DNA of 64,000 nucleotides from Octopus bimaculoides (taxonomy: Eukaryota), in the NCBI RefSeq assembly GCF_001194135.2, contig NC_068990.1, positions 14,963,486 to 15,027,485 on the forward strand, read 5' to 3'. Under the pieces are notes generated by a model. The model saw nothing but the letters and a program-made list of their open reading frames with translations. It ran no database searches and was not told the origin of the DNA. Made by a program: the position numbers and the translations under genes. Positions within the stretch are counted from its first letter, which is position 1; each line of letters begins with the position of its first letter. Positions 30,379 to 44,266 of this stretch are shown here, in pieces.

Positions 30379-33300
30379 TGTATGTATGTTTGTACTTATG
30401 TACATAGGTTCATGAGATTTCTATACATATGTATGCTTGTTTGTTTGTTCATTCATTTATTCTTTTATTTTTAATTTCATGAATTCTTTCTCTGAGGAAG
30501 GAACTGGTTTCTAACAAAGCTCCATTCTTGGAATGTAGACAACAAAAACAATGTCGCATTTTAAACTTGAGGAAACTTGCACATTTTTACTGTTCCACTA
30601 ACAGCTTGTACTTCTAATGTGCAAGTTAGTTGGTTGATTTCTTTTTCTGAAATCCCAAGCTTGGCCAAACTGTTACTCAGGCATTTAATCACGAAACCAA
30701 ATGCAACAATTATTACTGGTATAATGTGGATCAATAATCTTGGTATAGAAGCTGGAGGTTTTAAAGCAGTTGTCCATAATTATCCTCTTCCTCTTTAATT
30801 TTCAATGTAATATTCACTTCAGGAAGACGGCTGACCCCTCTGATGGTACATACTTTTTCTTGTCTGTCTCAAACAACAATATCTAGCCTGTTATGCTTAC
30901 ATTCGACAGATGTTTTAATGGGAATGTTCCATGTATGTATGCATGTATGTGTGTGTGTTTGTGTGTGTACACACACTATACAAATACATACAAAATATAA
31001 TCAAAATAATGGTGAACTGAGAAAATATGTCAGATCTTTGAATGTTTCATGGCTACTGAAAAGATCAGGGAAATATCTTGCAAGGAAACTAATGTTGATG
31101 AAAGAAAATCAGGCGAAAGAAGATCTGGCTTTGTAAATCTTGTTCAACCGAAGCTAGCAATGGTTGGACGAACAAGCCAGTAGACATAAAAATAATAATG
31201 ATGAAGTTAAACAGATGTAAAGAAAGTTATGTAAATCATATCTCACTAAGGGGTGAATATATTTTGCATTGTATATTTATTTTTTCACGAAAATATTTAG
31301 GAAAATCAAAACTCTGCATAGTGAGTTATTTGATTAGTCTTATAAATTTGATCTTGATACTAATGGAATTAAGAAATATATTTCATAAACTTGGTAGAAT
31401 ACGAACAGGCTGGGCAAAGTTCAAAGAGTTTCTATCTTTGTTGGTAACAAAGGGCCTCTTCCACAGAGTGAAAGGCAGATTGTATAATGCCTGTGCACAA
31501 ACAGCCATGCTACACAAAAGTGAAACATGGGCTGTGACTGCAGAGGACATGTGATGGCTTGATAGAAAGGAATCTAGTATGCTGTGCTGGATGTGCAATG
31601 TCAGTGTGCATATATGACAGTATGTATGCATCTTGAGAGAGAAATTGGGTATAAGAGGCATAAAATGAAGTGTGCAAGAGAAGAGATTATGATGGTATGG
31701 TCATGTGATGAGTATGGACTTGGACAGCTGCGTAAATAAGTGCCAGTTACTAACTATGGAGCGAACCTGTGGAAGAGGTAGAGCCAAGAAGATGTGGGAT
31801 GAAGTGGTGTTGCATGATCGACAGATGTTGAGTCTCACAGAGTCGATGACAAATGACCAAGACCTTTCGTGATTTGTTATGCTTGAGAAGATACATCAAG
31901 CCAAGTGAAATTGTAGTCAAGTCCAGTGCCAGTGACATGTAAAAGGCACACAGAACACTCAGTGGAGTGGTTTGCGTTAGGAAGGGCATCTGACCACAAA
32001 AACCAAACTAAAACAGAATGAAGCCTGGTGCAGCTCTCCAGCGTACTTACTCCTGTCAAACTCTCTTATTCATGCTAGCATTGAAAATGGACACTGAATG
32101 ATGATGATGGTGGTGGTGATATCATTTTATATGAAAGCATTATAACATGTTAATTACCTTGTATATTTTACTGTAATAATATTTTTGTTTAAAGTGCCTT
32201 CATTTTGAGTATCTTTGTGTATTCAGAATAATGCAAAGAATGACATTGTCAAAATTCCATTTGGTACAACATCAACCACAGTGAAAATCCACTTTAAAGC
32301 TGTTTCACCAAATCACAGAATGTTAATCACAGTATCTTTTGAAGGTTGTTTTGAATCTGAGTGTGAGTATGAAATGATTCTTTGATCATAAATTCCTTAT
32401 TGAAATCTCTTATGTTTTGCAATATTTACACATTGATAGACCATTTCACACACATTACGAATTATAAATTAGCGAAAAAGTATAATATGAATATAATATA
32501 AATTATAAATTAATTAAATATAATATTTACAGATTATTGTAATTATTGCTTATCATCACTACTCTTTGCTTAATCATTCATAAATTAATTATTGTAATAT
32601 TTGTTGACATTGGTTCAGTACTAGTAAATATCTTGTCTAAATCTCAAAATTCTTTTCAATCTTGACTCATCTGTAGACTAAACAGAAATAGTGAAGGCAC
32701 ATGGCTTAGTGATTTGAGTATTTGGCTCATGATCATAAGGTCATGAGTTCAAATCCCAGTGATGCATTGTGTCCTTGAGTAAGACACTTTATTGCATGTG
32801 GCTCCAAAAGTAAGTTGTACCTGTATTTCAAAGGGTCAGCCTCATCACATTCTATGTCACACTGCATCACCCTGAGAACTACATTAGCTGTACATATCTG
32901 TGGAGTACTCAGTCACTTGCACATTAATTTCATGAGCAGGCTATTCTGTAATTATTGTGCATAATTGATGACTGTAGCACTCTTTAATTCTTTTACTTGT
33001 TTTGGTCATTAGACTGTGGCCATGCTGGGGCATGAAGATTTTTAGTTGAAGGAATCAACACCAAAACTTATTGTTTTAAAGCCTGGTACTTATTATATTG
33101 TAGTCTCTTTGTTGAACCACTAAGTTATGGGGATGTAAACAAATCAACACTGATTGTCAAGTGCTGGTGGAGGACAAACATGAAGTCACACACACTTATA
33201 TANNNNNNNNNNATATATATATATATATGTATGTATGTATATATATATGTATGTATTCGCACACATACAACATTCTTCTTTCAGTTTCTGTCTTCCAAAT

Positions 33301-36300
33301 TCATTCTCACAGCTTTGGTTGGCCCAGAGCTACAGTAGAAAGCTCTTGCTTAATGTACCACATAGTGAGCCTGAACCTGCAACTGTGCGGTTGAGAAGCA
33401 AACTTCTTACCACACAGCCATTAGTTACTTTTATTAGTGATATGATGTTTATGTGTTTTCACTGTTTCTCTTTGATAATACACTTGTTAGTATATTTTCT
33501 TTCTTCTTATAGCAACAACACCACCACCGACAACAACAATTCCTACAACTACACCTCTGCTAACAAGTATGTAAAAATATTCATTACAATTATCTAAAGT
33601 CAAGTAAATAAAGTGGCTTTTGTAATATATAATTTTTTGTCAAAATTTTGAAAAACTTTCTTAACTAATATATCAATATTGATAGAATTCTACTTTAAGC
33701 ATGACATACAACCCCTTGTAAATTCTTTATTTTTTGGAATTTTCAGAAAGTTTTTGCGAATTTGTGTTCTACACTGAAAATTCATAGGATTATGCAAAAA
33801 AACAAAAACAAAAACAAAACTTTGAGTGTGTGATTTAAGGGCTATTTAACTGTTAATTTTAGCACTTCACACGACCACATCATACCCTTCTCGTTTGTTT
33901 GTCAGTCTGATATATTGATGTTTTTCAATGTTTCTCCCCATATACACATTTAATGATTTATTGCTGGGATTTTAAGCCTAAAATTCAGACTATCCATATT
34001 TTAAACTATGATTTTTTTTTTTAAATCCAAAAATTAAAAAAAAAAAAATTATTTCATAGTCATGTGAATTCCCACATATCTAGAAAAAAATCCATAAAGA
34101 TTTTCTGAAAATTCCAAAAAATAAAATAATTATATGGAGTTATATGGCATGCTTAAACCAGAATTCCGCCTGTATATTTATGAACTCTATATATGATGGA
34201 TGATATATGAAAATTTTTCTTTCACTTATATTTTAGCCACTCCTATTCCAACAACAACACAACAAATAACAACTCAAACAGGTAAAGTCTTTCTCTTTCA
34301 TAGAAATATTACCGTTCTTGGAAATTGTAATAATACTCATGAATATTTTATTCATTGATATTGCTCTTTAGAATCCTGGTGTGTATTCAATGATGGTTTG
34401 GAAGATCCCTCGTTAATAAGGGCCTGGAACATTAAATTGTCAAGCAATGATGAAAATCCAGATGTTATTCGGCCTGGTTTCGAAGGTTGGAAACCTACTG
34501 TCAGTGATAAGAAACACACAGTAACGATGTTTGTTGGTGATGCTTTAAGATATGGTGCATCTATTCATCTCTTACGATCTAGAGGTGTTGCAAAGTTTGA
34601 TGTTATTCTCAGTGGTGGAGAGAATAAGAGATTCAAGGTAACTTTCAATGAATTTAATTTATTTTGAAAATATCACAGTAAACACTTAAACGAAGCAGAT
34701 GAAAGAATTATGCCACATTTATATGTATTTATTTGCCATTTTAGAATACTTAATATAAAGTAATTGTTATACAAATACTTAATATAATGGAAAGCTATCT
34801 AAATCTTATTGCACTAAATTCAGACATAATTTGTCATTCTATTTTAATCTTTTTCCCAGTTATAGCAAGAGTAATCAAAATGATAAAATCTCTGGAAAGT
34901 GAAGTGATCAGAAAAGGTTATTACCTTGATTTTAGCAGAATAATTAAAATATTTTACGAACATGAGTGTATGACATAGGGAAAATATTTCACTTTGTGAA
35001 TTGCATTGTGTTTTACTATGAAATATTTTTCATTCAATGCTATTTTTATCTAATTTTCTCATTTATCAAGAATAATGCAAAGAATGACATTGTCAAAATT
35101 CCATTTGGTACAACATCGAACACAGTGAAAATCCACTTTAAAGCTGTTTCACCAAATCGCAGAATGTTAATCACAGTATCTGTTGAAGGTTGTTTTGAAT
35201 CTGAGTGTGAGTATGAAATGATTCTTTGATCATAAATTTCTTATTGAAATCTCTTACATTTTGCAATATTTACACACCAATAAAGCATTCCACACACATT
35301 ATTATGAATTATAAATTAATGAAAATATAACATGAACATAATATGTTATAAATGAATTAAATATAATATTTACAGATTATTACAATTATTGCTTATCATC
35401 ACTACTCTTTGCTTAATCATTCATAATTAATGATTATGATATTTGTTGACATTGAATTTGAAAGTAATTTTATAAAAATATTTTGATAATATCAACCTAC
35501 AATTAAATGCAATCTTTCAAGCATCGTGCATAAAAATATTTCTTTCAACTCTGAGATAATAGTATTGTAAATAACAGAAAGTTGGTTTTATTCTTTTGTT
35601 TCCATTATATAGTTTACACTGTTGAGTGATATATGCATTTAACATAATGTTCTTTTTATGTTTCAAAAAATCAAAACAGATAGAGATATCTAATTTTAGG
35701 GAATTTATCAAACTTTAGACTATTCTAAATCTCCAGATGTTGTTGAAATTATGACTACATCAGATACACAGTTTATGTTTTCATTCCTTCTATTAAAAAA
35801 ACAAAACCACACAGCACTTATCATCATAACATTTTTTCTTTGTTCTTATAGCAACAACACCAGTACCAACAACAACAATTCCTACAACAACACCACTGCC
35901 AACAAGTAAGTGAAAAGATTAATTTATAAATATTCAAAGAAATAAAGTGTAATAAAATGTTTATGCAATATATATTATTTTTGTTAAAATGTTAAAACAA
36001 TATTTGATAAGATAATAAATTTATAAACTCTATGTGATGGTATAGGAATTTTCTTTTCATTTAAATTTTAGCCACACCTATTCCCACAACAACACAACAA
36101 ATAACAACACAAACAGGTAAACTAATTCTCTTTCATTGAAATTTTAGCAATGTTGAAAATTGTAATAATACTCTTAATAATAATGGTGTTTTGTTGATTG
36201 CATTTTATTCATTGATATTATTTTCTAGAATCCTGGTGTGTATTCAACGATGGTTTGGAAGATACCTCATTAATAAGGGCTTGGAACATTAAATTATCAA

Positions 36301-39300
36301 GCAATGATGAAAATCCAGATGTTATTCGGCCTGGTTTCAAAGGCTGGAAACCTACTGTCAGTGATAAGAAACACACAGTAACGATGTTTGTTGGTGATGC
36401 TTTAAGATATGGTGCATCTATTCATCTATTACGATCTAGAGGTGTTGCTAAGTTTGATGTTATTCTCAGTGGTGGAGAGAATAAGAGATTCAAGGCAAGT
36501 TTTAATGAGTTTTTTTAGATATTGTAGTAAGATGATTAGATATTGATGATTACAGTAAGATGATTAGATATTGGTGTAATATAATTTATATTGGCACTAT
36601 CTCCACCATCCTCATTCAGGCATTCAAACAACTCTTTTATGGGAACATATTAGCAAAGTTACCTGTTTATGGGATATATTTTTGTCTTGTTTAGATTGAA
36701 AGTTTCCTGTCAATCATCTCATCACATATGAGACATATTCATACTAGGCACACACTATTTCATGAACGATGATTTTGTAAAAATTAATCTGCATATTTTC
36801 TTGAGGTTTTCAGAAGCTACTTCATTATTTTTTTTCCATCCTTGTGTATTTAGAATAATGCAAAGAATGACATTGTCAAAATTCCATTTGGTACAACATC
36901 AACCACTGTGAAAATCCACTTTAAAGCTGTTTCACCAAATCGCAGAATGTTAATCACAGTATCTTTTGAAGGATGTTTTGAATCTGAATGTGAGTATGAA
37001 ACGGTTCCAATTATTGTAACTTATAACATTTTGTACAAATCCTGTGATTCTTTATCATATTCAGTCATCTGTAGATTGTTAGATGCAAAGCAACAATAAT
37101 TATTACATTTATGTATTTGTTTTGCAAGAATCCTGGTGTGAAATCTTGTTGAAACAGATATTGTTATATTTGGCAAAAAAAGAAGAAAAAAAATGACCAT
37201 CTTGAAATATAACAAAAATAATTATGAAATGATTAAACCAGAATATTTTAGAAAATAATGCAATCATCGTGTGTCCTCATGAATATGTTTGTAATTACTG
37301 ATTAATTAATGGATATATTTTTGGATGACATTAGGTTTGAAAATAATTTTATAAATATTTCTTAATAACAAGAACTGAATTAATGGCATTTCTTCTGCCT
37401 TTATGATCTGAGTGAAAGTACATGGTTTAGTGGTTAGCATATTTGGCTCACATCATGAGCTCGATACCTAGTGGTGCATTGTGTCCTTGAGCAAAACACT
37501 TTATTTCATGTTGCTCCAATCCACTCTGCTAGCAAAAATGAGTTGTACCAGTATTTCAAAAAGTCAACCTTGTAACATTCTGTGTTACACAGAATCTCCC
37601 TGAAAACTATGTTATGAATATGCATATCTGTGGAGTGCTCAGCCACTTACACGTTAATTTCATAAGCAGACTGTTCTGTTGATTGAATCAGCTGGAAACC
37701 TTAACCCTTGTCATCATAAACTATAGTGTCAAAAGAAAAAAAAAAAAATTGAAGACAATTTGAGTTCAAATTCCACTGAGATTGATTTGCTCATTATCCT
37801 TTCAGGGTTGATAAAATAAGTACCAGTTGAATACTAGGGTCAATGTAATCAACATACCTCCCCCCCCCCAATTCTATAGGAATTACTATTATTCTATTGC
37901 TTATTTTGTACAGATTATAAGATGCTTAAATGATGTATTCTTATAATATTCAGGGTGTCCACAAAGTCTGGATACATGGGGATTAACACATACTTTAAGA
38001 AATTATTATTTCTTATATTTAATTGTTTATGTTATGATTTTATTTACTCCATGTACCTAGACCTTGTGGACACTCTGTAGTGTTCTGTTTGTATTTCGCA
38101 GAAACCAAGAATTTAAAGAAATAAAATATTTCATTAATTTAGCTTATGTGAAATGTCCAGAGTTATATAGTCTTCTATCATTTTACTAGTTTAAGTGGTG
38201 AGCTGGCAGAACCATTAGGATGCTGGGCAGAGTACTTAGCAGCTTTTCATCCAGCTTCATGTTCTGAGTTCAAATTCTACCAAGATTGATTTTGTCTTTC
38301 ATCCTTTTGAGGTCAATGAAATAATTACCAGTTGAGCACTGGAGGCTGATGTAATCAAATTCCCCCTCCCCTCAAAAACTGCTAACTTTGTACCAAACTT
38401 TGAAGCCATTGTTTTACTAGTTTTAGTCACTGGACAGCAGCCATGCTGGAGCAGTATTCTTGAGTGCTTTATTTAATCATATCGGCCCCAGTAGTTATTT
38501 TCGTTTGGTATAAATTTTATGGAACTACTATTTATTGAACTGCTAATATACTGTTTTGTCAAAACAAGACTGAATTCAACTCTAACACACACACGCACAC
38601 AATGATTTCCTCATAGCTCTTGTCTAAAAATTCCTTTTCACCAGACATTGGTCATTCCAATGCTATTGTAGAAGCTACTTGTGTAGCATGATATATAGTG
38701 AGATTCAACCATATGGTTGCAAGGCAAACTTTTTAATCAGAGAGCTATGTCTGTACTAATTGTAGTTGCAATTATTTCTATAATTGCTTTTGTGTTTTCG
38801 TTCTTTCCATTTTGTGAAGTGAATTATAAAGAATATTGTAAGAATAGTATTAAATTAACATCTCTTTGTTTCCATAGCAACAACACCAGTTCCAACCACA
38901 ACAATTCCAACAACAACAATGCTTCCTACAACTACACCTCTACCGACAAGTACGTATAAGAAGTCATTGTTTAATATTTATTAAATTCAGTAAAAAGACG
39001 TTCTCAATGGATTGTAGTTGATAATATATTTACAAATAATATTTTGTGAAATAATACATGTACATTTGTGAACTTTCTGATAATTTATTACATTTCTTTG
39101 TCTTCATTTTCGTTTTAGCCACACCTATTCCAACAACAACGATGCCACCAACAACACAAACAGGTAAATTATTTCAAAATTCTAGAAAGACATCCCATGC
39201 TGGCACCACATAGAAAAGTACCCTTGCTGGCACCACAAAAAAAGGCACTTGTGCCAGCACCGTGTAAAAGTCTACCTGTGCTGGTGTCACATAAAATCAT

Positions 39301-42300
39301 CCATGCTGGCACAGCATAATGCAATAAATACTGGAGTGGCATAAATTACTAAAAACTTTTAAAAGAAGAGCCAGAGATCACTGTCACTCCATGACTGAAA
39401 CTAGTACAAAGCGAAAATATACAACTATGTATGAAGCATACATGCATGTGTGCGTTTGTGTGTATGCATGTGTTTGTATGCATGTGTGTGTATGCACGGG
39501 TGTTTGTGTGTGTGTATGCATGTGTCAAGTGTTAGATAGAATATTTGGCCTTAATAGGGTGAATAACTAATGTTTTCTTCATCTCTTAATCTAGAGTCCT
39601 GGTGTGTGATGAATGATGGTTTAGCTGATGCTTCATTGATAAGAAGTTGGAACATTAAGACTTCAAGCAATCAAGAACATGTAAATTCCATCAGACCAGG
39701 TGGAAAAGGTTGGAAACCTGATGTCAGTGACAAAAAACGTACTGTAACAATTTTTGTTGGAGATGCTTTAAGATATGGTGCAACAATAAGATTACCCCGT
39801 GCCAAATATGTGGAGAAGTTTGATGTGATACTCTCTGATGGAAAGGTAAATTATACTCGTTTCAAGAAATATTTTGATCTTTATATTATATAAGTATATT
39901 GGTTATAATTATATAAATTTATTGATTAATTAATATATCATTCAACTACAGTAGTAGTTGAATAGTATTCTTAAAGCTGTAATTTACTCACACACAATAT
40001 CTTCAGAGTTTTGTCAGTAATTCATCTCTATATCTCTTACAAAATATTCTCAGCATGTGTTTTAATTAAATTCTAAACAATTGATAATTAATTTAAGACT
40101 AGTTTCATAAAATATTATATCTTTTTTATTTGTTGATAGTAGACTCTTGCACACAACAAAAGGTTCCTCTGGAATCTTTGCTTTAAAACTCCTCTAATTA
40201 TAGGTAAGTATAGGTAAAATCAGAAATCTAAAATCATTTACATTGATTTCAGATTTTGGCAAAAGGCCAAACAACTGGTACTTATTTTATTGACCCCCAA
40301 AATGGATGAAGGGCAAAGTTGACCTTAGTGGAATTTGAACTCAGGGCATAAAGATGGAAAAAATGCTGCCAAGCATTTTACCTGGCATGCTAATGATTCT
40401 GCCTGCTTACCACCTAATAATTATTATAAATAACACCATATAAACAGAGTTATTAGCGAATATTATAGCCTTCTAAATGCTCAGTAATATATTTATGTTT
40501 AAAATGCCCTAATTTAGTGCAGTCAGACTTCTATTTTTCGTTATTTTCACTCTGTAACACCAGCCCTCATTACCAGCAAAATCATTAAACCATTTCACAT
40601 CTGCTCTAACCTCCACTTCAAAAATTGTTTCATCAGTACTACTAAATTTTGGTTTCTTTGACCTACAATCCAAGCTTTCATCTTTTCCACTTCAATCTAA
40701 CTTTTTTGTGCAAAACTTCTACTTTGATTTTATTATTTGCTGAATTTGATACTTTGGTTTTCCACCAATCACATACCATTCACTCAATTAGATATCTAAA
40801 ATGCTTTGAAGCTACTCCAGAGCTATTTTCCTTGGTAAATTTTATTTGTTGTAACTTATAACCAATATGTGAAAGCATATCTTTTTTGTGACTACATTAT
40901 AAGAGAGGTGATGGAAATCTAGAATAACCAACAACAGAGTCTACCAATTAAACAAATAATGTAGTGTAAGCCAGACCATTTTATGAAGTAAATAAATCTA
41001 ACTTCTGTTCAGCTATAAATAGATTTTTGTAATGTTAATTTGGATTTTTAAAAATGTTACACTGTAAGTTTAGTTTGATGGTGGTGTCTTGCCTCAAATA
41101 TTACTGGCTTCAAACTAATGAAACACAATGGAATTGGTGTGGAACAGTAACCCTTTAGCATTCAGGTTACTCTGTCAAATGTAATGAATGTTTATTCACA
41201 ATCATCATCATCATCATTGTTAAACATCACATTGTCGTCTAAAAGGCAGAAGTTATTCTTCTAAGACTTACTCTACAGCACCTGGCATATTTTGTATCTG
41301 AACCTGTCTAGACATGTTAAAAATAAATGTACAAATTTTCATTCCTGATCTCACTATAGATGATGCAAATAACAATCTTTTAAGTGTTTCATCAGTATAT
41401 TGGTGTGTTGTAGGGTAAATTTCTAAAATAGACAATGCTAACTGCGTGATACCTTTTTCTGCAGAATACCAAAAATATACGAAATAATGAACCTGATGCT
41501 ATTATCAAGATACCGTATGGTACCACAGTCAACAGTGTAAAATTACGATTTCACTCTGTAAAACCAGATTGCCGGATTGTTGTAACGGTATCAATTCTTG
41601 GATGTTTTGAATCACGTGAGTATAAATATTCTTTCCATACATATATATCAATCCAGTTTTGTTATATGCAATCATATTTATGAAAACTGATATTTTATAT
41701 TATATCCTATTTGATATTTATTTTTAAAAACATTGTTAAATAAATTGTAATGCTTTTTTTTTAAGGGAGAATATACACCTTAAAATATGAAAAATAAAAG
41801 ACGGATAAAAAAGGGGTGGGGGCAAAGCAGCGGAAGATGGAGGGGTAGAGATGATAGCAAAACTGTGTAACATGCAACAGAATACTTTATAATTGTTTAT
41901 ATACAAGGAGTCTAATTATTTTTTGTTGTCTCTTTAGAGTCTACAACAGAAGCAGCAACAACAGCTACAGGTATGACATTTAGAACTCCCACTATTGCAA
42001 TATAAGCATGATTTTGTTTTAAACATTATCTTGTATTACATAGAAATAAGTAATCACATATCAAAATAGGCAGCATTGTTTGTTATATTCTATGAGTAAT
42101 ATTAATCAAATACCTTGAGTTGATTAAAGGAATGAAACACATGCTGGCATCAACGTCTTTGTGTCCACTTTCCCATGGTTTTATGGGTCAGAAGGAATTT
42201 GTTGAGACATATTATGGCAATGATGCTTTTAATGTTGCCAACCTTCAGTTGTTTCTAAGCAAGGGAATATATTGCCCCATACCAGAACATATTTTTATGG

Positions 42301-44183
42301 AAGATTGGAAGTGAAGGACACCACTCGTAAGACAGTGACACTTGTTTACAACTATCATGATGTCAAGGCAAGGAGTCACAAACACACACACACACACACA
42401 CATTCATGCATATATACATATATGACTCCACTCACAAGGCTTTTGTTGGCCTGGGGCTTTAGTAGATGGTGCTTACTCAAGGTGCCACACAGTGGTACTG
42501 AACACAAAGCCACATGGCTGGGAAGCAAACTCCTTCATTTCATTAAGAATACATTGGTGAAGGCAGCCAGCTGGCAGAACTGTTAGCATGCTGGACAAAA
42601 TGCCACAAAATATTTTGTCTGTCTTCACATTCTGAGTTCAAATTCTACTGAGGTTGACTTTGCATTTCATTCTTTTAGGGGTTGATAAAATAAGTCCCAG
42701 TCAAGCACTGGAGCTGATGTAATCAAATGGCCACTCCCATAAAATTTCAGAGTTTGTGCCCATAGTAGAAAGGAGAATGAAGATATTGGTTACATTTTTA
42801 ACTTCCTTACATTCTCTTTTTCCATTGCTTTTACATTTTTCTCATTTGTTATTCCTTTTTCACTCTATCCCTGTTTATTTAGATATCACTGTATTTTTTT
42901 TTTTGACTCTTAGTTAGGAGGGAAGGCAGTATCCCTGACACTTTGTAGGACTTCTGTGATTGGTTAAAGGAAGAGAGGAGGTTATCCTTAAACTGGAAAC
43001 TGGGCCCAGATGCTTGCAATATCATGGACTCTGCTAAAGGCACCCAAGGTTCTGGTTGGAGATTTTGAAACAAATGAGAGGTTAAGTTTACCAATCATGT
43101 TTGGCTGTGGCAGGATCTAAACTCAGAAGGCAAAAAACCCAGAACAAACACTGCAAGGCATCTAGTCAGGTGCTTTTTTAGATCCACCAATCCATCACTT
43201 TGGATTAATACATTTTTATCCATCTTGAAAGGATGAAGAGCAAAATTAATCTTGGCAAGATGCAAACTAAGAACACAGAAGGTTGGGCTAAACTCCATGA
43301 AGACATTTTCTTTAATGTTTAGATAACTCGACAAATTTGCCTGATGTGTGTGTGTGTGGGGGGGTCTGTGTCTGTGTCTGTGTGTGTGTGTGTTGTCAGA
43401 TAAAAAGTTAATTTTATAGTGTGACCTTAGCTGATTGAATAAATGTTGTTTTCTTCATCTCATAATGCAGAATCCTGGTGTGTGATGAATGATGGTTTAG
43501 CTGATGCTTCATTGATAAGAAGTTGGGACATTAAGACTTCAAGCAATCAAGAACATGTAAATTCCATCAGACCAGGTGGAAAAGGTTGGAAACCTGATGT
43601 CAGTGACAAAAAACGTACTGTAACAATTTTTGTTGGAGATGCTTTAAGATATGGAGCAACAATAAGATTACCCCGTGCCAAATATGTGGAGAAGTTTGAT
43701 GTGATACTCAGTGATGGACAGGTAAATTATATTCTTATTATAGAGATATTTCATTATTTTACTCCAGTTAAACAATTATTATTAACATATCAGCTGATAT
43801 AAGGCATGTGGTCTTGTGGCTAGGGTATTGCACTAAAAATTGCCAGAATAGGAGTTCAGTTCTTCGATTTGGGTAGTGTGTTATGTTCTTGAGCAAAACA
43901 CTTCATTTCACATTGCTCTAGGACTATGTATGATGAACTGGCATGCCAAAGAATAGACCCAACATTTCCTCTGTGCATCATAAAAGGCAACTAAAAGAGA
44001 TTGAGGCATGACTTGCACTGCAATCTCGTAAAACCCTCACCAGCAACGACTACCCAAGCAGACCCCTCTACCACCATCACCATGGGTTAGAAAGTTGTCA
44101 CCTGAGTAGTACAAAGATGTCATCTGCCAGGAGTATGGAATCATCAACTGATGGTGGATGCAGCAATAGGCAGTTACACTGCA

Positions 44184-44266
<83 letters not shown>

